DNA of 54,075 nucleotides, filler included, from Sluysia triapertura (Eukaryota): NCBI GenBank assembly GCA_046118255.1. It is 4 parts of 4 records of this genome, joined end to end, with 100 filler letters (N's around TTAATTAATTAA, not from the genome) between each part and the next. Parts side by side here need not be neighbours in the genome. Positions count along the whole stretch, not along the records: positions 1 to 12,867 come from JBJNIA010076606.1; 3 more parts are not named here. One strand, given 5' to 3'. Position 1 is the stretch's first letter; every line of letters begins with the position of its first letter. Position numbers and translations under genes: made by a program. The notes under the pieces are model-generated. The model had not been told where the DNA came from. It saw only the letters and a program-made list of their open reading frames with translations, and did no database searches. Below, piece after piece: positions 1-12,383 of this stretch.

Positions 1-1453
1 TTTATTACTGAAGATTATAAATTCTGACTTTTCTTCATTGATTTTCAAGTATTTATTTCCAAACCATTTTATCAATTGGTAGTAAATTTCAGTCAATTAT
101 ATAAGTTTAGCTTAGATATAGTAATAGGAACTTCATCTTTACAACATAAGACGTTTACTGTAACCGTCCCCTGTTCAATTTATATTTTGTTGTAAGCTAA
201 GTGTTAAGAAAAAATCACATGTATGTTGGCATAATGTACAAAGTTTGATAGATATATCCAGCTCATCAAATAATTTCAAATGTAAAGCTCAAATTCATCA
301 TTATAGGTCTAATGAATTTTTAACAAACATTACATCCAAATATATGACAACAAATGAAAAAATCCACATATTACAAAGTTTTTAAAGCTTGCATTCTTAT
401 TTTTAGGACTAAAGTTTTTTATTTTTATTGAAATTTTTTAGTATGAATTTCTTGGTCAATAAATGCTTTTTACATTTTTTCTCTTTTGATTTAGTAACCA
501 AAAATTTGTGAACTATCGAGCTTCGGTCGACCTAAATTGTTCTTTTTAAAGGCTTTAAGTGCTATCATAATTTGAATTTCTATATTAATAAGAATACGTA
601 TTTCTTAAATTTTCTAATTAAATTATTACGTTACTGTTAATCTTGTGTTTTAAGCGTCTAAGTTCCATCACGATTCTTTAATCATTAAATGCAATTCTAA
701 ACTTAATTATCATACATTAAAATTAAACATGCGCAATAATTAAGTCGAATTTCCATCATCTAAATACTATTTTATCCCATAGCACATAAATCAATGAAAT
801 AGTTTAACATTATCTTCTGCTTTAGGAAAGTTGATTCAATAAACTCGTGGCAAACACTGAATCTTACATTTGCTTAGTAATGACTAAAATTTATATAATT
901 TAATTGAGTTATAATTGATTGCTATAATGGATGAATTTATATTGAATTATAATTATGTACTTTCTGATAAAGTTTATAATATATTGAGATTCAACTCATT
1001 TATAACTGTACTTCTTCCGAATGCCTATTGGCTTATTAAAATTTAATTTTTTGAAAATGACATTACCCAATGAAACATAAGAATGATAATATTGATAATT
1101 AAAATTACAATAATAATAATAATAAAAGAAATAAGAAATGAGAATCTCAGTATAATATAAAATATAAATAATTCTGCGACTTGACGTCATTTATTGTCGA
1201 TTTGTAAAATAAAAAATTAATCAATCTAATAATTTCGATTAAGAAGAACTCTGGAAATAATTTACAATTTCGAACTACACATTGTTACTGTATTTTAATG
1301 AAAATATAAGCGTGTCTCTATAATGGAATATGTAATGGAATAATAACCATCTATCGTACTAGCCCTCTACACTACAATTTATTATTAAAAATGACGTATT
1401 AATTAATGAATCATAAGGGTAACGTTAAAATTTAGATTAAGAATGTTGTGTAA

Positions 1454-1987
1454 CCCATTCGCTGCCAACCTCGAATATACACGTGACACTTTCAATATAC
1501 AACTTGTGGAGATCTTGCAAACCTTTTATGGCCACAAACATAAATACATACAAGTTTAAAAACTTGAAAAAAAGCTATAAATTGTTTTGACAAAAATTCT
1601 ACTTTATTAGTTTGTTATTTCCCAACTAATAATTTATTGATATGCACTACTTCTAACCCTACAAAACTACACTGCTTACTCATGAGAAATGTTAGAGTCA
1701 AATTGTTCAATATTACATGATCCGGTTATCTCCGAGACGTTTTTTAAGTATTTTTATACTTTCATCTATTTGTGTGATTTACGATTTGTTTTTTATGCTT
1801 AAACGTGTGCAAATAAGAAAAAGGATACCGAATTCTGTTGCATTCCCATTGCCAACCGCACGAGTATACTCGTGTTTAATTTTTATACATGTAAATGATT
1901 ATTATTTATGACAAAATATGTGCATTATTTATCTTGAAATAATAAAACTTAGATAAACGAACAACTTCATACAATTCAGCGAATGGG
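1454..1987. mobile_element. piggyBac-type MITE (about 534 bp)
   Basis: Perfect 11-bp TIR CCCATTCGCTG (1454-1464) / CAGCGAATGGG (1977-1987). Flanks are GTAA (left, one mismatch) and TTAA (right). The subterminal motif GCCAACC..CGA(A/G)TATAC(A/T)CGTG recurs at about 1464-1485 and 1851-1874, including the palindrome CACGAGTATACTCGTG. No ORF. Confidence 0.8.
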
Positions 1988-2830
1988 TTAATGTAATTGC
2001 ATATCTTTCATTCATTCTTTAATAACGTTTTTTATATAAAAATCATGATTTTTATAAAAAATCAACCAATGACAATTTTAATAATAATAAACCTATAAAA
2101 AGTACAAATTATGACTTAATGTTTATAGCAGTATTTCCAAAATAGAACAGTATGAAATATTAATAATCACCAAAAAACGAATGATTATATATATTTTGTG
2201 ATGGCAGGAATAGAACCGAATGTTTTGAAACTATTACAGATAATCATTATGTATAATTTGAGAAAAATGTGCAAATCGTTAAGCAAAAAAAGACTTCTGG
2301 ATCCATATTGAAAAAAGTGATAAGAATTGTTAAATTAAGTGTCATTAAGTAATGACGTTATCAAAGAGGTTCGTTTCATTTAATAAAAGAATAGTTTCGA
2401 AGAAAATCGTAGAAATAATCATTATCCAGTTAACGTCTTAGAAATATTCCTTCACTTAGCACATTCTATGCGATTTTGGGACACTTGTGCAAGAAATAAA
2501 TTTTTCAGTTGTTTACCTTATGATAATTTATTTATTATAATTTCTAACGGTTGCCACAATCACCACTAATTCGTAAAATCCGAGTTTTTTCGACTTCGCA
2601 GACTAGCGATACTATGTCCAGAATGTTCTTCCTTCTGTTGATACAATTTAATAAGCATTATAAAGATACGATATAAACTTCTATTTCATGCTCGCTATGG
2701 AATATTTCATTTGCCCATATAAAAGATTGTAAATATAAAAGATCACAAAAAAATTGTTTATCGTAAATAAACAAAGAATATAAAATATTATATAAATATT
2801 AATACTAATACAACCAGGGCCATTATTATA

Positions 2831-3308
2831 TATTGGTGGCCAAATTATTAGACTAAGACCATTTTTGTGATAAAATTCAACTATTAATCAAAAGTGTATA
2901 AAAACATTGTCAATGTAAAATGTTGAAAAATAACTATTTTCTCCAAAAAAATTCTGATGAAAGTAAAATAATAGATAAAAATACTGAGATCCAAAACATA
3001 CAGAACTTTTATTCATGTAAAATGTGATAACACAATTTACTACAAATCAAATATGTACAAACTTTTGTTGTATCAGTACTTTGTTTGCCCTCCTTTGTTA
3101 TCCAATAATTTCCTGATCATTAAAGGCACATGCCACGGATGAGCTTGGATCACAAGTTTTTAATCATGGTTTCAATAAGTCGACAATCTCTCACAGATTT
3201 TCTATGGGATTCGTGTCTGAAGAGTTTCGACGCCAGGGGAGCAAATATTAAGAAAACTAAAGAAAAACAAATTTTTCCTATTTTAGTCTAATAATTTGGC
3301 AACCACTG
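2831..3308. mobile_element. Tc1/mariner-type MITE, copy 1
   Basis: About 26-bp TIR (consensus CAGTGGTGGCCAAATTATTAGACTAA) at both ends with TA flanks (2829-2830, 3309-3310). The interior aligns in reverse orientation with 34599-35045. Confidence 0.85.
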
Positions 3309-4321
3309 TATGATAAAATACTATCTTTCTCTCTGATCGTTTCAGTGTTTTCTAAATTTTAGTTTTATATTCGAAATACGTCACAAATAAACAAATTAAT
3401 AGGTAACAAACCATCTGTTGTCGCATTGTAAATACTCAACTGATTCATTCTAGTTCTAGTTCTCATTTCCATTCCGTCGGCGTTTAAATTAAAATTAATT
3501 AATTAATTTGCAAATTTCTACTTCCCTGCGTAACCATAGAAACACGTCTTAACAAATCGAGTAACTCTTTGGCACCTGTCGTATCCAACCGACCATGCTA
3601 AATCACTAATATAAAGTAATAAGAAGTAATATGGAAATAGGAAACGGGAAACGGATAGTTATTTGTAGAATCTAAAAGAACGTCAAAATTATAAAACGTC
3701 ACATCAAATTCTATGATAAACATGTGCTCTTTTGGCCACAACAAATCTACAAATGTGTCTATGAAAATGAAAAAATAATAATGATTTGGATAGGCTAAAC
3801 AATACATGCTAAGATTATCGAATGAAGATTCACTGAAAGACAATTCTTTTTAATATAATAGTAATGTTGGCAATCAACGAAATAAAGCTACTACTAATAA
3901 AAGTAGTAGTACAATAAGATCAAGATAATGACGATGCCTTTTAACAGGAAATTACTTTCTCAGTTTAACCAATTTTCTCAATTCATATTTTGACTTTTCG
4001 TATAATAATAATTGTTAAATTTATCCAGCTCATCCTAGATCTAAATGTGCACAGCTGATACACAAAATGGTGATAGAAAGTGTTATCAAAACCTTGTAAA
4101 TATCAATAGAAAAGAACATTAAATATAAGAAAATGTTTGTACATGTTTTATTGGATTTTTTCATATATCATTTCTTTTTTGAAGTAATACTTTCTGTATT
4201 ATTGATTTCGGACACGATTGACATATTAATACAAATGATATTGATAAGGGTGAACGTGTATCCCATATATTGATTTACCGAATTATTATTATCATTATTG
4301 TTTTTAAATGAATTTATATCA

Positions 4322-5723
4322 TTAATTTTTTCGATCATTATTATTTTTAATTTTATTATTTTTAGTATTACTTTTACTACTTTTAATTTTATTATTGTTA
4401 CTATTTTTACCATCCAATAACAATTCCGCTTCATCATTATCCTCCAATGAACTATTACAACTGTCTTCAACATGCACATAAATTTGTTTATCAACCGCCT
4501 CCAATTCGCGATGATAAAAGTAATTGAAATTCGATACTATAACTGGGACTGGTAATGCAATCGTTAGCACTCCGGCAATGGCGCACAAACTACCGACTAA
4601 TTTGCCCCACATAGTAACAGGACGCATATCACCATAGCCAACCGTAGTCATTGTAACTAAGGCCCACCAGAATCCATCGGGAATACTGCGGAAATATGTC
4701 GTTTCTACGTCAGCTTCAACGAAATAAACAGCACTTGAAAACAAAATCACACAAATCAATAAGAAAAACACCAACATTGTCAACTCTTCGATACTGGCTC
4801 TTAATGTTTGACCTAAAATTTGTAGCCCTTTGGAATGACGGGATAATTTGAATATTCGAAAGACACGAACTAATCGAATTATTCTCAAGATGGCCAATGA
4901 AGTGGTTTGGTTTTGTGAATCGGGATTATCTAGTATAACTCGTGTCAGTGTAATAAAATAAGGCAAAATCGATACAAAGTCAATTAAATTCATCATATTT
5001 TTCATGAACACTAACTTCTGTGGCGATGACACAAATCGAATGAACAGTTCCCATGAAAACCAAATTATACAAAACGTCTCAATGAAAAAAAACGGTTCAC
5101 TGAACGATGGAATATCATTATCTTTAATTATTATATCGGTGTGGTTAGTAATATTGTCATAGTCGTAAGTTACTTGATACTGCTGAAATGCAGGCAAAGT
5201 TTCGACACAGAAAATTATTATTGATACAATAATTATTGATACTGAAAACACAGCCATTAAGCGAGCGCAGAGTGAACTTTCGGGATATTCAAGAAGTAAC
5301 CAAATGCGTTTTTGAAGTGCATTTACCGGCAACACTTTCACTTGTTCTTTAACATAACCCTCGTCCATTCTATAACGATCAATAGCATCTTCACCTAATT
5401 CGTAGAAATTAATTTCCTCCAAAAACGTCTCCATGGTAACATTAGATGGTCGTCTTAAATTACCACCGCTTTGATAAAAATATAAAATGCCATCAAAACT
5501 GAGTCTATTTCGGTCGAAAAAGTATTCATTTCTGATTGGATCATAATATTGATTACGTTTTTTCGGATTACCTAATAATGTGTGTGGGAATTTGTCTAAT
5601 GTTAGCAAGCGAGTTTCGAATCGCATACCGCTAACATTAATTACAACGCGTTCTGAACTACGGAAATGATTAACTGTAGTACAATCACCGTCTTGAATGG
5701 TTTTGATTCCGAATTCATTTTTT
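4322..5723 (-). CDS. KCNA: Voltage-gated K+ channel, Shaker/Kv1 subfamily (large coding exon; 5' exon not identified)
   Basis: T1 domain ([38 protein letters not shown]), S1-S6, S4 [25 protein letters not shown], filter TMTTVGYGD and S6 [17 protein letters not shown]. The frame stays open upstream of the ORF-track ATG (5626) to a TTTTCAG acceptor just above 5723. Confidence 0.96.
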
Positions 5724-6742
5724 CTGAAAATAATTTATCTAAATTTTATTTATTGACAATAGTAAGTAGATAATTTATTTAAAATATACATTGTCAAATT
5801 TTATTAATCATCATAATTTATACATTGCTAGAAACACTACTTTTATTAGTGCTGTGGTTTTTCTAACACGTAACCCGCGGCAAAATATTTTTAGCAGGTC
5901 CGATCACAGTGAACGTATAGTGAACTTAATCAAAAAATCTGCTAATCTATTTAATGCTTATTAAATACCCAAAACGTCTTTTTACACAATTTTTATAAAC
6001 AATACTTATCATAATATAATTAACAATGAAATAAAACCACAAATCCAAAACTTTATTATTTACATATTCACTGGTTTACAAAAATTGTGCAATTTTAAAA
6101 TAAGAATGAAGGAAAGGATATTATAGTCTTTACTCCTCAGTATATCTGGAAAACTTAACTTTTTCTTTTAAAAATTAAATTTACTTGTATTTTAAGATAT
6201 CAATTTTCTTAATCAAAATTAGTATCACTTTACAAAAAAGAACTTAGGTAACATGGAATTGGTTGATGAAAATTTTATCTAAATCGATCGCTAAAATCCT
6301 TGAAAATCCAATTGAACCAATATTTTCAAAATGGCGATTCTCATTAAACCGTTGCTAGTTTAAATATACTAGTCATCAGCCAATGAGAATCGATGGAATA
6401 TTCTATAACATTCTAGAAGCTTCTGTTCTATTTCAGAAAAATAATTTCTTTTTTGGAATGTAATTATTTTGTGATTTTATATGATTTTAGATGGTTGTGA
6501 TGACAATCTAACATTAATAAATATTGTTTTCCTGCCTCGCAACTTTGAATTTATCATTGACTAATGGAAAGGTATTTAAAAACAAAAATATAGTTTTTTA
6601 AAAGCAGCAAGTTCATTTTCTTCCAATGAATTACAATATTTTCTGAACGTTACAAAGAGAGATCTTGTCAATTGTTGGGGTAAAAGGCCTAAAAAGTGCC
6701 AAGTAGTATAATTTAATATATTGAAAATGAAATTGTTAGACG

Positions 6743-6814
6743 GGGCTGATAGCTCAGTGGTAGAGCATTCGCACTGAGCATCGAAGGTCCCGGGTTCGAT
6801 CCCCGGTTAGTCCA
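6743..6814 (+). tRNA. tRNA-Ala-derived gene with non-canonical anticodon arm
   Basis: Acceptor GGGCTGA/TTAGTCC with G3:U70 and A73; D arm GCTC-AGTGGTA-GAGC (A box); T arm CCGGG-TTCGATC-CCCGG (B box); TTTT at 6815-6818. The anticodon arm TTCGCACTGAGCATCGAA does not fold as a 5-bp stem with a 7-nt loop around AGC. Confidence 0.85.
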
Positions 6815-7279
6815 TTTTACGAAGTCTAACAATATTAATTAATAAATTAATATTTATAAATCGTTCATCGAGTTCCTAACTTAGACAAAAACTTAAAATT
6901 AGATTGAATCATTTTAATCATAATTAATAGATTGATTATACTTTCAACCCATAACTTAAAATTAAAGACTTTAACTAATCTATTTGCAATTAAAGTTAAC
7001 GTCTACTAAAAACGTTAATTAACGTAATATCGAGGTTGATTTTACGACATATTATTATATACATTTGTTTTTTATCTAAAATATATTGACTACATTATTA
7101 TTATTCATTTTTTTTCTGTACAACTGTTCTATTTCTAATTGATATAATCGTCTTTGTTTTATACAATTGTGTTAATTTAGTATTTAGTTATTTATTAATA
7201 AATAGTTTTAGTGTATCTTTTCTTTAATTTTAAGTAAGTAATTACACTACGTTACTTGTCCGGAAAGTTAAGGTAATAG

Positions 7280-7695
7280 CTATAATTAGTAAAGCGACAG
7301 AATTAGAAATAGCATAAAAAACCTCCAAATTATTGTTTTTCTTTGAAGCTGCAAAATCTGGGTGCTGGTCTTTCAGTGAGTGGGTCCAGTATCGCAGAGA
7401 ACTCACGTTTAGAATAAGTCTTAATTTAATTTAATTACTTTCATAACCAAAATTTCTACATATTGTAAAACGATTTTACGAACAATTCAAAACAAATGTC
7501 GAAGTGCAATTTGAAATGTTCGAAGATCATCAATGATGACTTCGGTGTTTATTGTATTCTTGAACAGTTTCCATAACTAAAAAATCTGTGAAGAAATTGG
7601 TTTATTTGGACAAGGAAAACGAAGCTTCGTATGAAAGACATAATTTTACTTAGTCATAATATAATTATCCAAGGGTTTCTCGAAGGGCCATGTTT
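7280..7695 (-). pseudogene. Degenerate hAT (Buster/GTF2IRD2-like) transposase C-terminal relic
   Basis: Frameshifted fragments NMALR, SKIMSFIR(K)LRF and LRYWTHSLKDQHPDFA...FGGFLC resemble the hAT LQG/KI..F..KL and FW...YP.L...FGSTYLCE dimerisation motifs; many stops. Confidence 0.45.
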
Positions 7696-10295
7696 CTATC
7701 AATTCAAAAATTTAGGTCTGCTTTTTAAAATACCATTTGATGGTAGTTTTGTTTTTTGTGTTTAAAAATTTGTTACGTTATTCTCCTTAATAAAGTTTTG
7801 ATGACATATTACAAGAAAAATTTAATTTATTTTTACAAAAACACTATAATACAATTTTGTAATGAAATTTCAATAAAGTACTGTCGCTTAAAAGATACTT
7901 TTGTTGCAACTTTAAGGACCTTATGTCCATTTAAAATTTTAATACTATTTTGAATTTTTAATGAAAGTAAAACCACACCGACCAATTTATATAACATGTA
8001 ATAGTAATTCCTGCAACAATGTATTTTATTTTAGTAGTTGTCATATTAATATGCCAAGATTACTACCTATTATTAACGAAAAGTGAAAATGAGTAAGAGA
8101 AAGAGTTATAAAAGAAAGTTAGTGAAATTGAGGTGTTTAATGGAAACTTTCATTTAGTTTTATTTTTTGGATTATAAAATGTTAATTTAGTAAATTTTGA
8201 TATGAGTGATCCATATGTTCTTTAGCTGTCAAGATTGGCGTGTTGTGGAGTGTTAAAATTTTGCGTAACGGTGCTGATCACCACATATTGGATTGGAGGT
8301 AAACTCCCTAACATTTTAACCTGTTGAATTTATGATCGTATGTTATTTAATGAATCCACATGAATAAAAAAATTTAGAAGGTTTGCATTTATAGTTGAAT
8401 ATAAATTCAATAATGATTAAATCAAATTAACAATGAATGACTGATCAAATGATAAAACTAAGAGCACAACCAGAATTTAGAATTAAAGGTTTCTAATACT
8501 TTAATTTTATAATTGATGAATTTTAACAAGGATTGTAGCCCTTATTAAATCAGGCGAAATAAAATTACAAAGGATATTTGAATAGTATATATAGTATATA
8601 AACAAATAAAACAGGATGGCGTCGAATTACTTAGATCTGCTAAAATTAATATTACAAAATCTGAATTTAAATAATGAAACTAATTTAATTGCGAGCATAA
8701 TTGAAACTGTCATTTGTTTATATACCAGTTTTTATCCAATCACGTTTTATTACGTTAAAATAAAATTATTTTTATCTTTAATACTTACTTTTGTAAGTAA
8801 TGATTCGAAAACATTAATTTTATTATATTTTAATATATATTAATTACTCATTATTATTTTCTTGCTTTAGTAAGTAGTTAATATTTTTAATTTTTTGATT
8901 ATAATTTATTATTATTGCGTATAGTATTATTATTTTGAGAGAATTTTATGGTAGGTTCACAGGTCAATTGAGAATCACAATGAAAATATCTAAGCTGGAA
9001 TAAAAAGAGGACGCAAATAATATAATAACGATCAATAAGATATTTTATCAGTTCGGTGTAATATTTATAAAATTCTAAGTAGAATAATAAAAATTTGAGA
9101 GTGCATGTCAATAAATTTAATTTATAAAAAATAATTTTAGTTTTAATTTCGAAATACACAACATTGTACCGGTTTATTTATTGCTTTTTAAAAAATCAAA
9201 TACGAATAAATTGACAAAATATTTCTAGTATTTAATATAAATTAATTTTTTATTTTAAATATTTTTATTACTTAACATTACTAATATTATTAGTATTTAA
9301 TAATGGTAAAATAAAGCATCGAAATGTTATATGATTAATATGTTTTAAACAAAGCGTAGAATTTAATTGGTTGTTTTCCTCATCTCACATTGTTTACCAC
9401 ATATTTGTTACTCTTATTCAAAAAACACAAAAATATAAAGCATGTGTGTAGTCAAAATGTAAATAAACATCAAAAACATTTTAAATGATTAATATTTGAT
9501 AATGGTTTGATAAATCATATTGTTATAATTGACGTTTTTTAAGTTTTATATAATATATAAAATAAAGAAATAAAAACAAATTTGTAAAAATTAAATATAT
9601 TTAATTATGCATATATGATACGTTGAAAGGGTTTAATATTTTATTATTAGAAGAAATTATTACAATCATCAATAACTATAATTCATACTAGTAATGTTAA
9701 TACATTACTGGTAATTTTTTAAATTATTTCTTGAGTTATTTATGCATGTTCAAATATTATCTTGGTACAATACCATCATCATCACGACTCTTGATTTTGG
9801 GAAATTCATGATCCTCAATTATTATTAAAAATTCTCTCTGTTTCTATATTAATCTTTCATTCTGAAACTTTACTGTCGAAGTGTGAGCTCATACTACAAA
9901 TATTTTTATTTTGCGCTGGAATATTGTACCATTACTCTCTTAACAACATTAAAAAATTCGTTACCTATCTCATCATAAACTACTTGTCAATTTTTAGTTA
10001 TACCAAAATGGCTGAACTTTTTATATTTAGACAAAATATGAATGTGTCATTCCTCTAATAATAAATATAGTAATAATGATAATAATTTAATAATAATAAT
10101 AATAATATAACATAATATTTACTTATTCTTTAAATTTCTTAAATTTTCTTCAGTTTTTTAAATCTACTTTAATTTTTAAATCTCAAATTTATTTAATTTA
10201 GATTTCGTAAGATTTCAGTACTAATAAACATAATAACCATGTAACTGTTATCATTATTATTATTTCTTTTATTCTTTTTTATACGAACACACTCA

Positions 10296-10850
10296 ATGAA
10301 ATTAAAACGAATAGCAACAAAAATTCCATTAGTCGACAAGCAAAAGAAAGCAGCTGCTTTAATTTCTCAATACTCGCCTGGTTGTAGTATTGATTTCTAT
10401 GTTGATAATAATATTTATCTTGTTGGTGTTGAAGATGGAACAATTCATAGATGCTCATGCCCATATAATGAACAATATCTAGATAATTATTTCGGACAAT
10501 CAACTCCAGTTTATTGCATCAAGTGGTCTCCATTTTTATCAGATGTCTTTTTAAGTTGTTCAGCTGATTGGACAATTAAATTATGGCAAACAGAGAGAAA
10601 TAGGTCAGTTCTGAATATACAAACAAAAGGAAAAGCCGTGAATTCACTTGCGTGGTCTCCAACTAGTTCAATCTTGTTCGCATGTGTTTATGAGTTATAT
10701 AGTGAAGTATGGAATATTGCGATATCAACTTTGGATCCAATTGTCACTGCGGAATTGTGTCCAATATCAGTTACTTTAACCACAGTAACATTTTCTGATT
10801 TCGGTCAATGCTTATTAGTTGGAAATAATGAAGCTAATGCTGATGAATAA
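10296..10850 (+). pseudogene. DNAI4: WDR78/DNAI4 (axonemal dynein intermediate chain) C-terminal WD40 fragment, truncated
   Basis: MKLKR...ALISQYSPG..IYLVGVEDGTIHRCSCPYNEQYLDNY.G..PVY.IKWSPF.SDVFLSCSADW...ISTLDP...CLLVGNNE matches the WDR78 C-terminus. Homology ends at about 10831. The upstream pyrimidine tract ends in AT rather than AG, and no upstream exons were found. Confidence 0.8.
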
Positions 10851-11561
10851 TGAAAAGCTGCCGCCTAGTTTACCTATGTCAGAAGCTGTTTTGTGGAGAA
10901 ACTATGGTCTTACCAATGTTATTCCTATCATTTCTTTGGGACTTACTTTACAAACTCAAGTATTTACTGCGTCAAATTCAATTTGAAATGGAAACAGCAA
11001 ATATATGACTATAGTCATTCGAATTTCAACCTCTATTTTTTGTTTGTGTTATTGTTTAGTAGGTATATTTGGATATTTAAAGTTCTCAAATTTTAAACCA
11101 AAAATAAGTGCCGATTTGTTATCAATGTATCCCGAATCATTTAGTTCTTTTTTCATGAAGGTGGGATTCTTAGTGTCTGTCGCTATATCATATCCTTTCA
11201 CTGTGTTTCTAGTTAGAACTAGCCTTTATAGTCTTTTATTTATTAAGTCAACTCAAATTGATTTACCTAATCCAGAATCTTGTGTTGTGTTATATCCGAT
11301 AAATCATTTTTTTGAATTACTTTAGGAATTATATTTTCTTCTTTATTCATTGGTTTTATTGTTAATACTATTGAAGTTGTTCTAAGTTTAACTGGATCAT
11401 TGAGTGGTTCCATAGTTTTATTTATTTTACCGTCTTTAATTTATATAAAAAGTAAACCATTATCAGAATATAGAATTATTGGAAATTTCATATTCTTGTT
11501 TGGTGTTGCAGTTCTAGCTTTGTCCTTTACAAATTCATTTGGTTTTCAAATTGTAAAATAA
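10828..11561 (+). pseudogene. SLC38A10: SLC38A10-like amino-acid transporter, 3' half, with an in-frame TGA and a frameshift
   Basis: LWRNYGLTNVIPIISLGLTLQTQVF..SI*NG..M...VGIFGYLKF...GFLVSVAISYPF..F.VRTSLYSLLF, then a 1-nt frameshift near 11313 into ITLGIIFSSLFIGFIVNTIEVVLSLTGSLSGSIVLFILPSLIY. TGA at 10984-10986; terminal TAA at 11559-11561. Confidence 0.78.
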
Positions 11562-11837
11562 AAAAATGAATTCTAGTTCAAACTTGTTGCAAAAATTAAA
11601 ATGCAATTTCCAATATATTATATTGGGTACAATGAACAATATGCTTTATTTTTATTTATATTACATTTTCTTTTCGTTTTTGGAATTATCAAGATCAATT
11701 TGTTTATATCTTATTTTTATGTTAAATTTTTATAGTACAAATTACACATAAATATTAATGCATTTTTTAAAAAGTAATATTTAAAAAAAATCAATATTTT
11801 CATGGCAATATATAGCCAATTTTGCTGTCGGATACTA

Positions 11838-12383
11838 TTATATACTATTGGAAATTTTTGGTGGTTGATTAAAATTACTTTTATGTGGGATAGTATATCG
11901 ATCATCATTGTCGTTATTTGGAGGTAGGCACGAATATCTGCATTTGTTTGACAAAAACATAATAATTACTAATATAACTATTGATAATGTCGCCGCCAAT
12001 ATTAATATTAATAGAGCAGGATCACTTTTTAACATTTCCGATAGTGATAAGTATTTCCGTGTTCCCCTTGGTGCAAAATGTAATTGTTCTAATTTTGACG
12101 GTGCTACATATATTCTAGTTATAATATGTCGTTAATCATTGTGTAAGAAACCCGAAAATCTAGCTATAGGATTTACTAGGTTTTTAATGTAATATTCTTG
12201 CACGTTCCATGAGCTAAAATTATGTCGTGACGGTTTAAGGCACATAAACCTTACATGAATATCGTTTTGCAATACCTTGACTCTAATTTCGATGTCATAA
12301 TTACGAAATTCAAGATATTCAGTTTTATAAATTTGTACATCATATATATTGCATTGTACCGTGATAATCATTATAGTTAACAT
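11838..12383 (-). pseudogene. Orphan single-pass (type I) membrane protein ORF interrupted by one TAA
   Basis: ORFs 12132-12383 and 11838-12035 are in the same frame, separated only by TAA at 12134-12132 (linker RHIITRIYVAPSKLEQLHFAPRGTRKYLSLSE). Hydrophobic N-terminus (MLTIMIITVQC) and a TM segment ALLILILAATLSIVILVIIMFL. Confidence 0.5.

Noticed and set aside
5427-5440. Perfect RFX X-box-like GTCTCCATGGTAAC (weaker matches at about 32693 and 46780)
   Set aside because: It lies inside the Shaker coding exon (VTMET codons) with no promoter context; a chance match cannot be excluded.
10279-10503. Short antisense or alternative-frame ORFs overlapping real genes (also 10893-11096, 11908-12135, 24682-24879, 32640-32885)
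   Set aside because: Shadow frames of identified coding or pseudogene sequence.
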